Shown: positions 54,962 through 64,000 of the stretch, piece by piece
Layout: every line of letters starts with the position of its first letter
Numbering within the stretch: the stretch's first letter is position 1
NCBI GenBank assembly: GCA_050950505.1
Contig: JBMNHS010000001.1
Coordinates: forward strand, 93,687 to 157,686
DNA length: 64,000 nucleotides
Direction: 5' to 3'
Source of the DNA: Candidatus Methanomethylophilaceae archaeon
Lineage (GTDB): Archaea > Thermoplasmatota > Thermoplasmata > Methanomassiliicoccales > Methanomethylophilaceae
Translations under genes and position numbers: made by a program
Notes under the pieces: generated by a model
Told to the model about the DNA's origin: nothing
What the model saw: the letters and a program-made list of their open reading frames with translations, nothing else
Database searches by the model: none

Positions 54962-55327
54962 TTGATTGCCGCGCTGTTTGTCGCTTTGGGCGGCGCAGTG
55001 GGGGCGTTGCTTAGATTCGGAGTTTATGAAATAATAGATTCTCACGATTTTCCCTGGGCGACTCTGTCGGTCAACGTGATAGGATGTTTTCTAGCCGCTT
55101 TCCTTATGTTCGGATTCGGGGAGGTCATCCCTTACGGAATGAAGGATTTTCTCTTTGTCGGGGTGTTCGGTGCATTCACGACAATGTCCGCCATGAGTCT
55201 TGACACTTTGAATCTGATAAATTCCGGAAGTCATCTTCTTGCCGCGTCCAACGCTGTGCTGAACGTGATCCTGTGTGTCCTGGGTGCCGTTGCCGGCAGT
55301 GCATTGGCCAACGCCGTGATTGCCTGA
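54962..55327 (+). CDS. crcB: Fluoride ion channel CrcB/Fluc
   Basis: 121 aa with 4 TM segments and the motifs GGAVGALLRF, TLSVNVIGCF and GAFTTMSA. The start is TTG. Confidence 0.88.
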   Translation: MIAALFVALGGAVGALLRFGVYEIIDSHDFPWATLSVNVIGCFLAAFLMFGFGEVIPYGMKDFLFVGVFGAFTTMSAMSLDTLNLINSGSHLLAASNAVLNVILCVLGAVAGSALANAVIA

Positions 55328-55334
55328 TTTTCAA

Positions 55335-57224
55335 TCAGTACTGATCCAGTTCGTGAAGGTCTATGTAACGTCCTTCGATGAATTCGGCAAAACTTTTTGC
55401 GTAAGTGTCCCGCTTTCCGAATTTGGTTTCGCTGGAATCTATGATTGTCCACTCTATGTTCGGGTCTTTTACCGTCGCACAGATGTTTTCCAACTCCCAC
55501 ATCGCGTTCGAACAGGAATATATGGGCATGGTCGCGTGTCCGTCGGTTATGAAAATAACGTAACACTTCTCCCCGGGATGTTTTCTCAGGTAGTTGGTGG
55601 CGTAATCTTTCGCCAGCACCACGGCTTTCGCCAACGGCGTGGATCCTCCCGCAGGAGCCTGTTCCAAAACATCGCAGATGGTTTCCACTGATCTCGTGAA
55701 AGGAACGGTCACTTCCGCGTCACGTTCCCTGAAAGTTATCAGTGCCACCCGGTCTCTTTTCACGTAACTTTCCATCAGCATCGACCTTATCGCATTCTGA
55801 ATGGGTCCCAGCATGCCGCTGTCCACCAGAGAACCGCTGGTATCCACGGCAAATATGAAAGAAGATGAATTGCGCATTGCACGCACTTTTTCCCGAATGT
55901 CCTGTTTTTCTATGTTTATGCTCAGTCCTTTGGAATCCCTCCCTGCCTGATACGGTGCCGCCGCGCGTATGGTTGCGTCGAAAGCCGGATCCGCCGTCTT
56001 CCCTTTGGGAATTCTGAACCCTCTGTATCGGCCTGTGTTTCTTCTGGAAATCATGGCTCTCTTGTGTTTTATTCCTGCGATTTCGTGCAGACGGAGCATT
56101 TCGATTTCGTCAATTTCTTCGAGAAGGTCTTTGGTTTTTTCATAAATGTAACTGAAACGCAGACCTTCGGGGGTCGATTCCTGACCCGTTCCCTTGCCTT
56201 CGTCGGGAAGGAGGGCATTCAGCAGGTTTTCCTCATCCCTTTCTTCATCATCGTCGTCTTCAGGCAAAGGAATCGGCTCTTCGTCCTCTTCCGGCTCGAT
56301 GTATATCGGCTCTTCGTCCTCTTCGGCGTCGATTTTCACTTTGATTACGATTTCGTCTTCGACAACCTGCAACGCCCCTCTTCTGTGGGAAAGACACAAC
56401 ACCAAAGCTTCGGCGATGTGATCTTCGGACACCTGGGTTTCACCGTCCAAAGCGGCGAGGGCCCTTGCGGTTTTTGCGGTGGATATGTCGCCTCTGTATC
56501 CTCTTACGTTGAGGCTCTGGCATATCTTTACGATTGCGTTTACGTCATCTTCGGTGAGAATGACGGAAGGGAGAATTTTCCTTGCCTGCCGTACCGATTC
56601 GATAACGTTCCGGTCTTCTGAAAAGTATTGGGATATGACGCTCTCGGGATCTTCTTCGAACTGAATGTTCGAAGAAATGATTTCCGCTCTGGCATCGGAA
56701 TCGGTTTCCGGAAGAATGGTTACGCAGATATCGAACCTGTCGGCGACACTGTCGGGAAGCTCCCTTTCGGCGGGATCCATGGTTGCCACCGCCGAGGTGT
56801 TCACGGAAAATTCCGCGGAAACGCCTTCACGTTCTACAATAATCCGCCCCGTGTCCACGCTTTCGAGCAACATGTCGAGGATTTTGCCTTCCATCAGATT
56901 GACGTTGTCCACATAGGCCACGTTGCCGTCGGCTTTGCTCAACAGACCTCCGGAAGCAATTGCGTGTCCGTCTTTGATTGCCGTTTCAAAATCCAATCCT
57001 CCGAACAACTGGTCGTCGGTTATGCTCGGAGGCACGTTGATCAATTTCTTTTCCGACGTGAGTCCGAAAAAGGACCGTACCAATACGCTCTTTGCCGTGC
57101 CCGGGGGTCCTTTGATGAGAATACTTTTTATCGTATCGTCCACGGCCATGCACAGAAGCGCCTTTTTGGCCGATTCCAGACCTATGATTGCGGAAAAGGG
57201 CAGACTCAATACTCTTTCAGACAT
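55335..57224 (-). CDS. ChlD/BchD-like chelatase subunit (AAA+ domain, acidic linker, vWA domain)
   Basis: N-terminal AAA+ domain with GPPGTAKS, a D/E/P-rich linker (EEDEEPIYIEPEEDEEPIPLPEDDDDEE) and a C-terminal vWA domain with a MIDAS-like FAVDTSGS. Confidence 0.85.
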   Translation of the reverse strand: MSERVLSLPFSAIIGLESAKKALLCMAVDDTIKSILIKGPPGTAKSVLVRSFFGLTSEKKLINVPPSITDDQLFGGLDFETAIKDGHAIASGGLLSKADGNVAYVDNVNLMEGKILDMLLESVDTGRIIVEREGVSAEFSVNTSAVATMDPAERELPDSVADRFDICVTILPETDSDARAEIISSNIQFEEDPESVISQYFSEDRNVIESVRQARKILPSVILTEDDVNAIVKICQSLNVRGYRGDISTAKTARALAALDGETQVSEDHIAEALVLCLSHRRGALQVVEDEIVIKVKIDAEEDEEPIYIEPEEDEEPIPLPEDDDDEERDEENLLNALLPDEGKGTGQESTPEGLRFSYIYEKTKDLLEEIDEIEMLRLHEIAGIKHKRAMISRRNTGRYRGFRIPKGKTADPAFDATIRAAAPYQAGRDSKGLSINIEKQDIREKVRAMRNSSSFIFAVDTSGSLVDSGMLGPIQNAIRSMLMESYVKRDRVALITFRERDAEVTVPFTRSVETICDVLEQAPAGGSTPLAKAVVLAKDYATNYLRKHPGEKCYVIFITDGHATMPIYSCSNAMWELENICATVKDPNIEWTIIDSSETKFGKRDTYAKSFAEFIEGRYIDLHELDQY

Positions 57225-58237
57225 GCTCTGAGGGCCTCTCTGTCGAGCCCGGTTTTCTCAAAGGGCTTTTTCTTGACACGGTGGGTCAGAACCATGGGAG
57301 CCACAATTCTGAAATCGTCCCGGTCCACCTCATCCTTCCCTTCGAATGCCGCATTGGCTCTTGCGGCTCTTATCATGGTGATATCCGCCCTGTGTCCTTC
57401 CATATTGAAGTTAATGGCAACGTTCGCCGCCACCTTCACAATGTTTTCGCTGACTTCCACATCAAGCAATCTTTCTCTTGCGGAAACTATCTTCTTGCTG
57501 AGTTCTTCGGTTTCTTCGCGGTATTTCTCGATGAATGCTTCCGGGTCCGCGTCGTATTCCAATCTGCGCATGACGACTTCGGCCCGGGACGTGACGTAAA
57601 TGTCTCCGACCACGTCGACGCAGAGACCGAATCTGTCCAGAAGCTGAGGCCTGAGTTCCCCCTCTTCGGGGTTCATCGATCCCACAAGAATGAATTTCGA
57701 AGGGTGAGAGAAGGACACTCCCTCTCTTTCAACGTAGTTGGTTCCCATGGCGGCGGAGTCCAGAAGAAGATCCACGATGTGATCTTCCAGAAGGTTCACT
57801 TCGTCGACGTACAGCATGTTCCGGTTTGCCTGAGCCAGAACTCCGGGTTCGAATTTCTTTTTACCCGTCTGCAAAACGTGTTCCAAATCCAAAGTTCCCG
57901 CTATGCGGTCTTCGGTTGCGCTCAACGGCAATTCCACGACTCGGATGGGGGCCATCCCCGTTTCCAGTTTTTCGCCTTGGTCGATTCTTTCTTTGCAGTC
58001 AGAACACAATCTTTCCGGGCGGGAGGGGTCGCATCTGAATCTGCAGCCTTCGACATATTCGACGTCAGGCAGAATGCTAGCGAGAGACCTCACCGCGGTG
58101 GATTTGGCGGTTCCTTTCTCTCCTCTTATCAAAGCGCCGCCGATGCCGGGGTCAATGATGTTCAGTATGAGTGCCCTTTTCATTTCGTCCTGTTCCACGA
58201 TGGCGACAAAAGGGAAAGTCTGTTCTTTTGATTTCAT
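57206..58237 (-). CDS. ChlI/BchI-like AAA+ chelatase subunit
   Basis: FPFVAIVEQDEMKRALILN, Walker A GEKGTAKST and Walker B LYVDEVNLL. It overlaps the ChlD-like gene by 19 nt. Confidence 0.9.
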   Translation of the reverse strand: MKSKEQTFPFVAIVEQDEMKRALILNIIDPGIGGALIRGEKGTAKSTAVRSLASILPDVEYVEGCRFRCDPSRPERLCSDCKERIDQGEKLETGMAPIRVVELPLSATEDRIAGTLDLEHVLQTGKKKFEPGVLAQANRNMLYVDEVNLLEDHIVDLLLDSAAMGTNYVEREGVSFSHPSKFILVGSMNPEEGELRPQLLDRFGLCVDVVGDIYVTSRAEVVMRRLEYDADPEAFIEKYREETEELSKKIVSARERLLDVEVSENIVKVAANVAINFNMEGHRADITMIRAARANAAFEGKDEVDRDDFRIVAPMVLTHRVKKKPFEKTGLDREALRACLKEY

Positions 58238-58434
58238 GATACCCCGTAGATTGGAAGGGAGTATTAATTTAATTCTGAAAATAACGGCCTTAACGGTCCT
58301 ATGAATATTTTCTGTATTTTACGGAAACCGTCATTTCCGCAACCCTGCGGATTCTGTTGATTGTATACCGTATCCTCATCCGTAACTGACAAATTATATT
58401 ATAGGGGACGGATTACGGAATAAAGAGGGTTAAA

Positions 58435-59592
58435 GTGATTGATAGGGAAACGGTATTGGGAAACCTGGAAAGATACGACCTCAGCAAAGCTGAAATCGGA
58501 GTCATTGGATCTCATTCCGCCTTGGACACATGCGACGGGGCGGTCTCCGAAGGTTTCAGAACCGTCGTGATATGCCAGAAAGGCAGAGACAATACTTTCA
58601 GAAAATATTTTAAGACTCAGAGGGACGCTGACGGAAACGTCATGAGAGGCGTGGTCGACGACACCGTCGTGTTGGATAAATTCAATCATGTTCTCAAAAC
58701 CGAAGTTCAGGAGGACATCATGTCCAGGAATGTTCTGTTCATTCCCAACCGGTCCTTGGTTGCTTACTGCGGAATCGATGCGATTGAAGATGATTTCGCC
58801 GTGCCCATGGTCGGAAGCAGGAATCTGCTTAGATCCGAAGAGAGGGGCGACGAAAGAGATTACTACTGGATTCTCGAAAAGGCGGGACTGCCGTTCCCCA
58901 AAAAGGTCGAAAAACCCGAAGACATCGATGGGTTGACCATCATCAAAGTCCCGCACAAAGAAAAGAAACTGGAACGGGGGTTCTTCACTGTCAAAGATTA
59001 CGAACAGTTCGTCACGAAATCCGAAGAACTGATCAGCCAGGGCGTCATCGAGAAAGATTTCCTCAAGGACGCGAGAATGGAAGAGTACATCATAGGACCT
59101 GTTTTCAACCTGGACTTTTTCTATTCGCCGTTGGAAGAAAAGGGCGAGAAACTGGAATTCATGGGAGTCGACTGGAGATTCGAAAGCTCCCTGGACGGTT
59201 ATGCCAGACTTCCGGGAAAGCAGCAGGTGGAGCTTGAAGAAATGGGCGTCCTGCCCGAATACACCGTCTGCGGCCACAACTCCGCGACAATCAGGGAATC
59301 CCTGCTTGACAAGGCCTTCGGATTGGCCGAAACCTATATCGAAGCCACCAAGAAATATTACGACCCGGGCGTGATCGGACCCTTCTGTCTGCAGACCTGC
59401 GTCGACAAAGATCTGAATTTCAAAATTTATGATGTCGCTCCCCGCATCGGGGGAGGAACGAACGTTCACATGTCCGTCGGACACCCTTACGGAAACACTC
59501 TCTGGAGAAAGGAGATGAGTACCGGAAGAAGATTGGCCATGGAGGTCAGACGCGCAATCGAACAGGAACGCATCGAGGAAATTATTACCTGA
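58435..59592 (+). CDS. purP: 5-formaminoimidazole-4-carboxamide ribonucleotide (FAICAR) synthetase PurP
   Basis: Archaeal ATP-grasp PurP pattern (IGVIGSHSALD, PNRSLVAY, DVAPRIGGGTN). The start is GTG at 58435. Confidence 0.88.
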   Translation: MIDRETVLGNLERYDLSKAEIGVIGSHSALDTCDGAVSEGFRTVVICQKGRDNTFRKYFKTQRDADGNVMRGVVDDTVVLDKFNHVLKTEVQEDIMSRNVLFIPNRSLVAYCGIDAIEDDFAVPMVGSRNLLRSEERGDERDYYWILEKAGLPFPKKVEKPEDIDGLTIIKVPHKEKKLERGFFTVKDYEQFVTKSEELISQGVIEKDFLKDARMEEYIIGPVFNLDFFYSPLEEKGEKLEFMGVDWRFESSLDGYARLPGKQQVELEEMGVLPEYTVCGHNSATIRESLLDKAFGLAETYIEATKKYYDPGVIGPFCLQTCVDKDLNFKIYDVAPRIGGGTNVHMSVGHPYGNTLWRKEMSTGRRLAMEVRRAIEQERIEEIIT

Positions 59593-59601
59593 GGTCATCA
59601 A

Positions 59602-60252
59602 ATGATTGAAAAACGAATATTACTGCCCGTCGTCCTGCTTGTTCTCATCACGGTTCCCGCATTGTCGGTACTGTGCGTGGAAGAAGCTGAGGCTTCACCG
59701 GATTATCTGATAATGGATACCGGTACCCTTTCCAAAGGAAGTTTCGACACCAGAAACAACGCTGACGTGAAAATCACCATCGTCAACAATACCGAAAACA
59801 AAGTAGACGTAAAAGTCTGGATAACTTATCAAAACGAAAGCGGGGTTTTGAAAGAGGTTGACATTGAAGTCGCTTCCGAAGACAAAACCGTTGCCGTGCT
59901 GAACCTGGGATTCGGAAGTCAGGGCACCAAATATCTTACCGTGCACGCCAAATCCGATGATGCGGACTTCTACACCGGCAGTGCGGTGAACGAGGCAAGT
60001 CACAACTTCACAATCCATGTGGACCAATCCGTTTGGTCCAATGCCCTGACTTACGTCGCAATCGTTCTGATTGTTATCGTCATAGCCGTTGCGATATATC
60101 TCAGACAGCGCAATGCTCCGAAGGTCGAACCTCAGATGACCTTCACCGAATTGGAAGAAATGAGAAAGAGCCAGCGGAAAGACGTAGATGTTTCCTCCGG
60201 ATCTTCTCCCGAAAGAAGAAGGTACGAAAGCGACAAACGCAGAAAGAGATGA
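59602..60252 (+). CDS. Hypothetical secreted protein with C-terminal TM anchor and basic tail
   Basis: 216 aa with an N-terminal signal, a beta-rich ectodomain, the TM segment LTYVAIVLIVIVIAVAIYL and a K/R-rich tail. Confidence 0.5.
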   Translation: MIEKRILLPVVLLVLITVPALSVLCVEEAEASPDYLIMDTGTLSKGSFDTRNNADVKITIVNNTENKVDVKVWITYQNESGVLKEVDIEVASEDKTVAVLNLGFGSQGTKYLTVHAKSDDADFYTGSAVNEASHNFTIHVDQSVWSNALTYVAIVLIVIVIAVAIYLRQRNAPKVEPQMTFTELEEMRKSQRKDVDVSSGSSPERRRYESDKRRKR

Positions 60253-60968
60253 AACTCAGATTCCTGTACTCAAAGGGAGTTTCACCCGAGTACGGAGCGG
60301 CGGCGGACGCCGCAATCTTCGAAGAAGTTTCGGAGAAACGTTCGCCGCCGACCCTTTTTGTTTATTCAAGAAACCGACCGACGGTTTCCATGGGACGGTT
60401 CCGGGATCCGAAAGAAGATATCCATATTGATTTTATCAACGGAAACGGTATTTCCGTCGTAAGAAGAATCAGCGGCGGCAGCAGTGTTTTTACCGGTTCT
60501 TCACAGATAATTTATTCCCTGACCGTCAAAGACACCTTCGGAAACAGACAGGAATCCTATTCCGAAATCTGCGGACACATAATGCATGCATTGGAAATGT
60601 TGGGCGCGGAGCCGTCCTTCAAAGAACCCAACGACATCCTCGCGGACGGGAAGAAAATTTCAGGGTCTGCGCAGTACCGTGCCAAAGGGTACCTGATACA
60701 GCACGGAACTCTTATAATCGGGCCGGAACCGCTTATGGACAAAGTTCTGAAACCGGTAAAAAACCGTTCTTACGGCGGTACCGTGTCTTTAGAAGAAATC
60801 CTCGGTCACGGCGTATCGGAAGAAGACGTCGTCCGTGCGGTGAGAGACGCTTTCGGAAAGAATTTTATGGAAACTTACGACGGCGAATTCACCGAAAGAG
60901 AAACCGGACGCATCCGTTCCGAAAAGAAAAATTTCAAAGTTTCAGTTTCGGGTCTTTCAGATCCATGA
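60249..60968 (+). CDS. lplA: Lipoate-protein ligase A, catalytic N-domain only (BPL/LplA/LipB family)
   Basis: I prefer the start at MKLRFLYS (ATGA overlap with the upstream gene). The track ORF begins at 60033. Motifs VVRRISGGSSVF and the catalytic-lysine context GKKISGSAQ are present. At 239 aa it resembles a bipartite LplA. Confidence 0.8.
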   Translation: MKLRFLYSKGVSPEYGAAADAAIFEEVSEKRSPPTLFVYSRNRPTVSMGRFRDPKEDIHIDFINGNGISVVRRISGGSSVFTGSSQIIYSLTVKDTFGNRQESYSEICGHIMHALEMLGAEPSFKEPNDILADGKKISGSAQYRAKGYLIQHGTLIIGPEPLMDKVLKPVKNRSYGGTVSLEEILGHGVSEEDVVRAVRDAFGKNFMETYDGEFTERETGRIRSEKKNFKVSVSGLSDP

Positions 60969-61431
60969 GGGCCACTTCCCTCGGGTCTATGAAGAATCCG
61001 ATTTTCTTGTGAAGCAGTATGGAAGGTGCGTTGTCCGGCTGAATCATGCTGTGAGCCACTTCAGCGCCCATGGCGATTCCTTCCTTGATGCATTCCCTCA
61101 GCAGTCTGTAAGCGACGAGATTCCTTCTGAAATAGGAATGTACGCCCAGGTTTTCAATCCACAGAAGATTCTCCGTATCCGCGATGTTGTGAAGCATCTG
61201 TGCGAAAATGAATCCGATGACTTCCCCGTCTTCCAAGGCAACGAAGCTGAGACCGCTTTCCATATAGGCCCTGAAGTGTTTTTTGCTGCTGGCACCCAGG
61301 TTGTCCCTCCACTCTTCGGGAAGCTCTTCCCATTTGTTTTCGATGGTTTCCGAGAAATACTCCCTGATGCAGGACAGTTCCAGTTCGCGGACACCTTCCA
61401 AATCTTTGAGTTTGAGTTTTCTTATTTCCAT
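60934..61431 (-). CDS. GNAT-family N-acetyltransferase
   Basis: I prefer the start at MEIRKLKLKDL, whose ATG shares 1 nt with the argS stop. The acetyl-CoA-binding-like core is LGVHSYFRRNLVAYRLL. The track ORF extends to 61497. Confidence 0.75.
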   Translation of the reverse strand: MEIRKLKLKDLEGVRELELSCIREYFSETIENKWEELPEEWRDNLGASSKKHFRAYMESGLSFVALEDGEVIGFIFAQMLHNIADTENLLWIENLGVHSYFRRNLVAYRLLRECIKEGIAMGAEVAHSMIQPDNAPSILLHKKIGFFIDPREVALMDLKDPKLKL

Positions 61432-63155
61432 CACATTTCCTCCGGTGCGCCCATTCCCATGCATTCCAGCACGCTTTTCAGAACCGTCCTGGTACACTCC
61501 ACCAAAGTCAGTCTGGCATTGGTGTTTTCACCCGCGGACAGCACCGGAAGCGCGGCATAGAACTGATTGAATGCGGAAGCGACTTCGTGACTGTATGCAG
61601 GAAGCATGTGGACCTTTTTCAGATTGCCGGCTTCCTGGAGCACAGATCTGTACCGCGACAGTGTTTTAACAAGTTTTATTTCATACTCATCAGTGAGTTT
61701 GGAAGAGTCAAAATCATACTCGAAATCCCCGGCTCTGCGAAGCAGGCTGCAGGCTCTGGCATGCACGTACTGAAGATAAGGTCCGCTGTTCCCGTCAAAG
61801 TTCAGAGCATCTTCCCAAGTGAAGACGAACTGTTTCTCCGGTTGAACCCTTACCACGTTGTATCTTATCGCTCCGACTCCGATTATCCGTGCGACTTCCC
61901 GCATCTTCTCCTCGGGCATGTCGTCTCTTCTCTTTTTGATTTCAAGATATGCCCTTTCGACGGCTTCGTCTATGAGATCGTCAAGATAGACAACGACGCC
62001 TCTCCGGGTGGACATTTTTCCCTCGGGGAGGGAAACGAAAGCGTAGAACATCGGTTCGGGCTCCATGGCGCATCCGTATATCTTCAATGCCAGGCTCAAA
62101 TACTGAGCCCCCAGTTTCTGGTCTTCTCCAAGAACGTTGATGACTCTGTCGGATCTGCAGAATTTGTTGAGGTGGTACGCCACGTCCCTTGTGGTGTACA
62201 GCGTGGTTCCGTCAGACCTTGTGAATGTGAATTTTGTGTTTTTGCCCTGAACCCCGAAATAAGCCAGTTCGAGATACCATGCCCCGTCCTCGGTCTGTCC
62301 CGCGTACTGGGTCCCTTTCAGCCGGTTCACCACTTCCACGGCGGAACCGTCGGCTATGAAATCCGACTCCCAGGTATAAACGTCAAGGGATACGTTGAGG
62401 TCGTCCAAAGATCTGTTGAGACCTTCCAACATGGTTTCGGTGGTTCTGCGGACGGCGGAGATGACTTCCTGATCCCCTTTCTCAAACTTGCGGAGCATTT
62501 CGTATATTTCTTCGGAGACTTCCGGGTCTTCCTCCATTCTCCGGTTGGCTTCGCGGTAATAGGCGACCAGTCTGTGATCGTTTTTGTCCCGTTCCTCTTC
62601 TTTCACGGAACCTTCGGGTATGTTCATCACACCCCAGGTCAGAACAACCACCTGTCTGCCCACGTCGTTGACGTAATATTCGGTGGTGACCTCGTTCCCG
62701 CACATCCTCAGGCATCTTGCGAGAGTATCTCCGATAATCGGATTTCTGGCACGTCCCACGTGAATGGGTCCCGTAGGGTTGATTGAAGTGTGTTCCACTA
62801 TGACTCTTACCCCGGTCGGATCCCGTTTTCCGTAATTTTCTCCTTCGGATATTATTTCTTTGAGAGTTTCTTCAACGAGCCGGTCGGTGTCAACGGTGAA
62901 GTTCACATAACCGTTCAGAGCGGAGACCGAACTGACGGTTCCCGAGGGGGTTATGATCGAAGCGATTTTTTCGGCAATGTCCTTCGGAGCGGAACGGAGA
63001 ACCTTCGCCATTGTGAAACAGGGAACCGCAAGATCCGCGTTGCCGACGGAGGGAACTTCGATGACAAAATCCGTCTCGGCACCGAGTTCTTCCAAAGCCT
63101 TCTTCACTGCGATTTCGACTTCAATTCTGAAATCCTCTGCTATCATTTTACACAC
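61431..63155 (-). CDS. argS: Arginyl-tRNA synthetase
   Basis: Class I with HIGH-like INPTGPIHVGRARN, a MSTRRG (KMSK-like) motif and a C-terminal DALR anticodon-binding domain. Confidence 0.95.
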   Translation of the reverse strand: MCKMIAEDFRIEVEIAVKKALEELGAETDFVIEVPSVGNADLAVPCFTMAKVLRSAPKDIAEKIASIITPSGTVSSVSALNGYVNFTVDTDRLVEETLKEIISEGENYGKRDPTGVRVIVEHTSINPTGPIHVGRARNPIIGDTLARCLRMCGNEVTTEYYVNDVGRQVVVLTWGVMNIPEGSVKEEERDKNDHRLVAYYREANRRMEEDPEVSEEIYEMLRKFEKGDQEVISAVRRTTETMLEGLNRSLDDLNVSLDVYTWESDFIADGSAVEVVNRLKGTQYAGQTEDGAWYLELAYFGVQGKNTKFTFTRSDGTTLYTTRDVAYHLNKFCRSDRVINVLGEDQKLGAQYLSLALKIYGCAMEPEPMFYAFVSLPEGKMSTRRGVVVYLDDLIDEAVERAYLEIKKRRDDMPEEKMREVARIIGVGAIRYNVVRVQPEKQFVFTWEDALNFDGNSGPYLQYVHARACSLLRRAGDFEYDFDSSKLTDEYEIKLVKTLSRYRSVLQEAGNLKKVHMLPAYSHEVASAFNQFYAALPVLSAGENTNARLTLVECTRTVLKSVLECMGMGAPEEM

Positions 63156-63160
63156 CTTGG

Positions 63161-64000
63161 TTATGACAATCTGTATCGGAGAATTGCCGCGATTCCGCCG
63201 AAAGCCCTGATGAGGATATCCCCTTCTTCGGATTCGTCGGAAATGATTTGCAGATCCGAAGAGAATTGTTCCGTGATTTCGAAAAACTCATCGACCAAAT
63301 CTTTGTCTTCGGTGACTTCGGCGTTCTGTCCGCATTCGGGACAGGTTTGTTTTTCCTCGGCGTCGTCAACCACCAGATTGTTGACGTGCCCCGCCGGACA
63401 TTCGACGGTGATGTATCTCTTGTTCAGTTTCTCCGACACCAACAGAGTTTCAACGGCACCGAGTTCGGCGGCCTTTCTTACGTCTTCATACCCGTAAGCG
63501 GACAGCCCTCCGTCAGATTTCCTTATTTCGTCAAGAAGCCTCTGAACGTGTTTCTTCTCATCGGTCAGTCTTATGCCTTCCATGACATCCTTGGCCTTTT
63601 CTACGAGTTCCCTTATTCCGGACTCGTCGGTGTTGCCGGTGTCGAAAAGCGGAGAAACTATGATTTTCCTCAGTTCATGGTGAAGATATTCTTCTTTGAC
63701 GAAGAATTCCTTTGTGGCTCCGGGGCCTCCGATTATTATTCCTTTCAATTCGGGTTTGTCCAAGAAGGCTTCCGTGCAGTAGTTTGCCACCTTTTTGTAG
63801 AATTCGTGGGCGGCCAGTTCAATCAGTCTTTCAAAACGTACGGAGGACTGACCTCCCTGGTGGTGTTTGCTGGGGACCAGTGAATCGAAATGTTTCAGAA
63901 CCGTGGTTCTGGAACCGCTGACCATGCCTATCGTGGCCTCCCGCCTGTCTATGGTTATCAGACCGTAGGAAGTCTTGTCTTCCAACATGGACTCCAAAGG
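63161..64000 (-). CDS. prf1: Peptide chain release factor aRF1 (partial; the N-terminus lies beyond the window)
   Basis: The GGQ motif is present (HHQGGQSSVRFERL), along with a C-terminal domain carrying a Cys4 insert. The ORF runs off the window edge. Confidence 0.9.
   Translation of the reverse strand, partial: PLESMLEDKTSYGLITIDRREATIGMVSGSRTTVLKHFDSLVPSKHHQGGQSSVRFERLIELAAHEFYKKVANYCTEAFLDKPELKGIIIGGPGATKEFFVKEEYLHHELRKIIVSPLFDTGNTDESGIRELVEKAKDVMEGIRLTDEKKHVQRLLDEIRKSDGGLSAYGYEDVRKAAELGAVETLLVSEKLNKRYITVECPAGHVNNLVVDDAEEKQTCPECGQNAEVTEDKDLVDEFFEITEQFSSDLQIISDESEEGDILIRAFGGIAAILRYRLS

Noticed and set aside
1-64000. CRISPR arrays, IS elements, integrases, toxin-antitoxin pairs and known defence-system genes.
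   Set aside because: I scanned the intergenic regions and all track ORFs. I found no regularly spaced repeats, no transposase/integrase/recombinase motifs and no nuclease-NTPase defence-like operons. The only repeats seen are short in-frame slippage duplications.

Overview
This is a densely packed archaeal chromosomal segment. The archaeal assignment rests on Topo VI A/B, aRF1, class-I LysRS, PurP, the ribosomal proteins S3Ae/L37e/L41e, an Sm-like protein, Sec61-beta and HdrCB. I call 64 protein-coding genes, mostly housekeeping: four aaRS genes, purine, pyrimidine and amino-acid biosynthesis, ribosomal proteins and chaperone/protease factors. I also call 8 tRNA genes, three of which carry introns. 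No rRNA, CRISPR array or recognisable transposase/integrase is present. The gene content fits a Thermoplasmatota / Methanomassiliicoccales-like methanogen, but that placement is an inference.

The most unusual content:
1. A BtuCDF/FecCD-type ABC importer locus at about 17.9-23.8 kb. Its permease is fused to a roughly 600-aa extracellular module (a small transcobalamin-like/DUF4430-like domain plus a PQQ-type beta-propeller). Its binding protein and a third membrane-anchored protein carry paralogous copies of the same small domain.
2. An unassigned, strongly structured noncoding stretch of about 260 nt next to that locus.
3. A tRNA-Arg(UCU) with a 26-nt intron in the T-loop (59/60), held in a textbook bulge-helix-bulge motif.
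4. A tRNA-Trp with a 98-nt intron carrying box C/D elements whose guide targets C34.
5. Complete absence of TAG among the 64 stop codons I read (53 TGA, 11 TAA).

Everything else looks ordinary.
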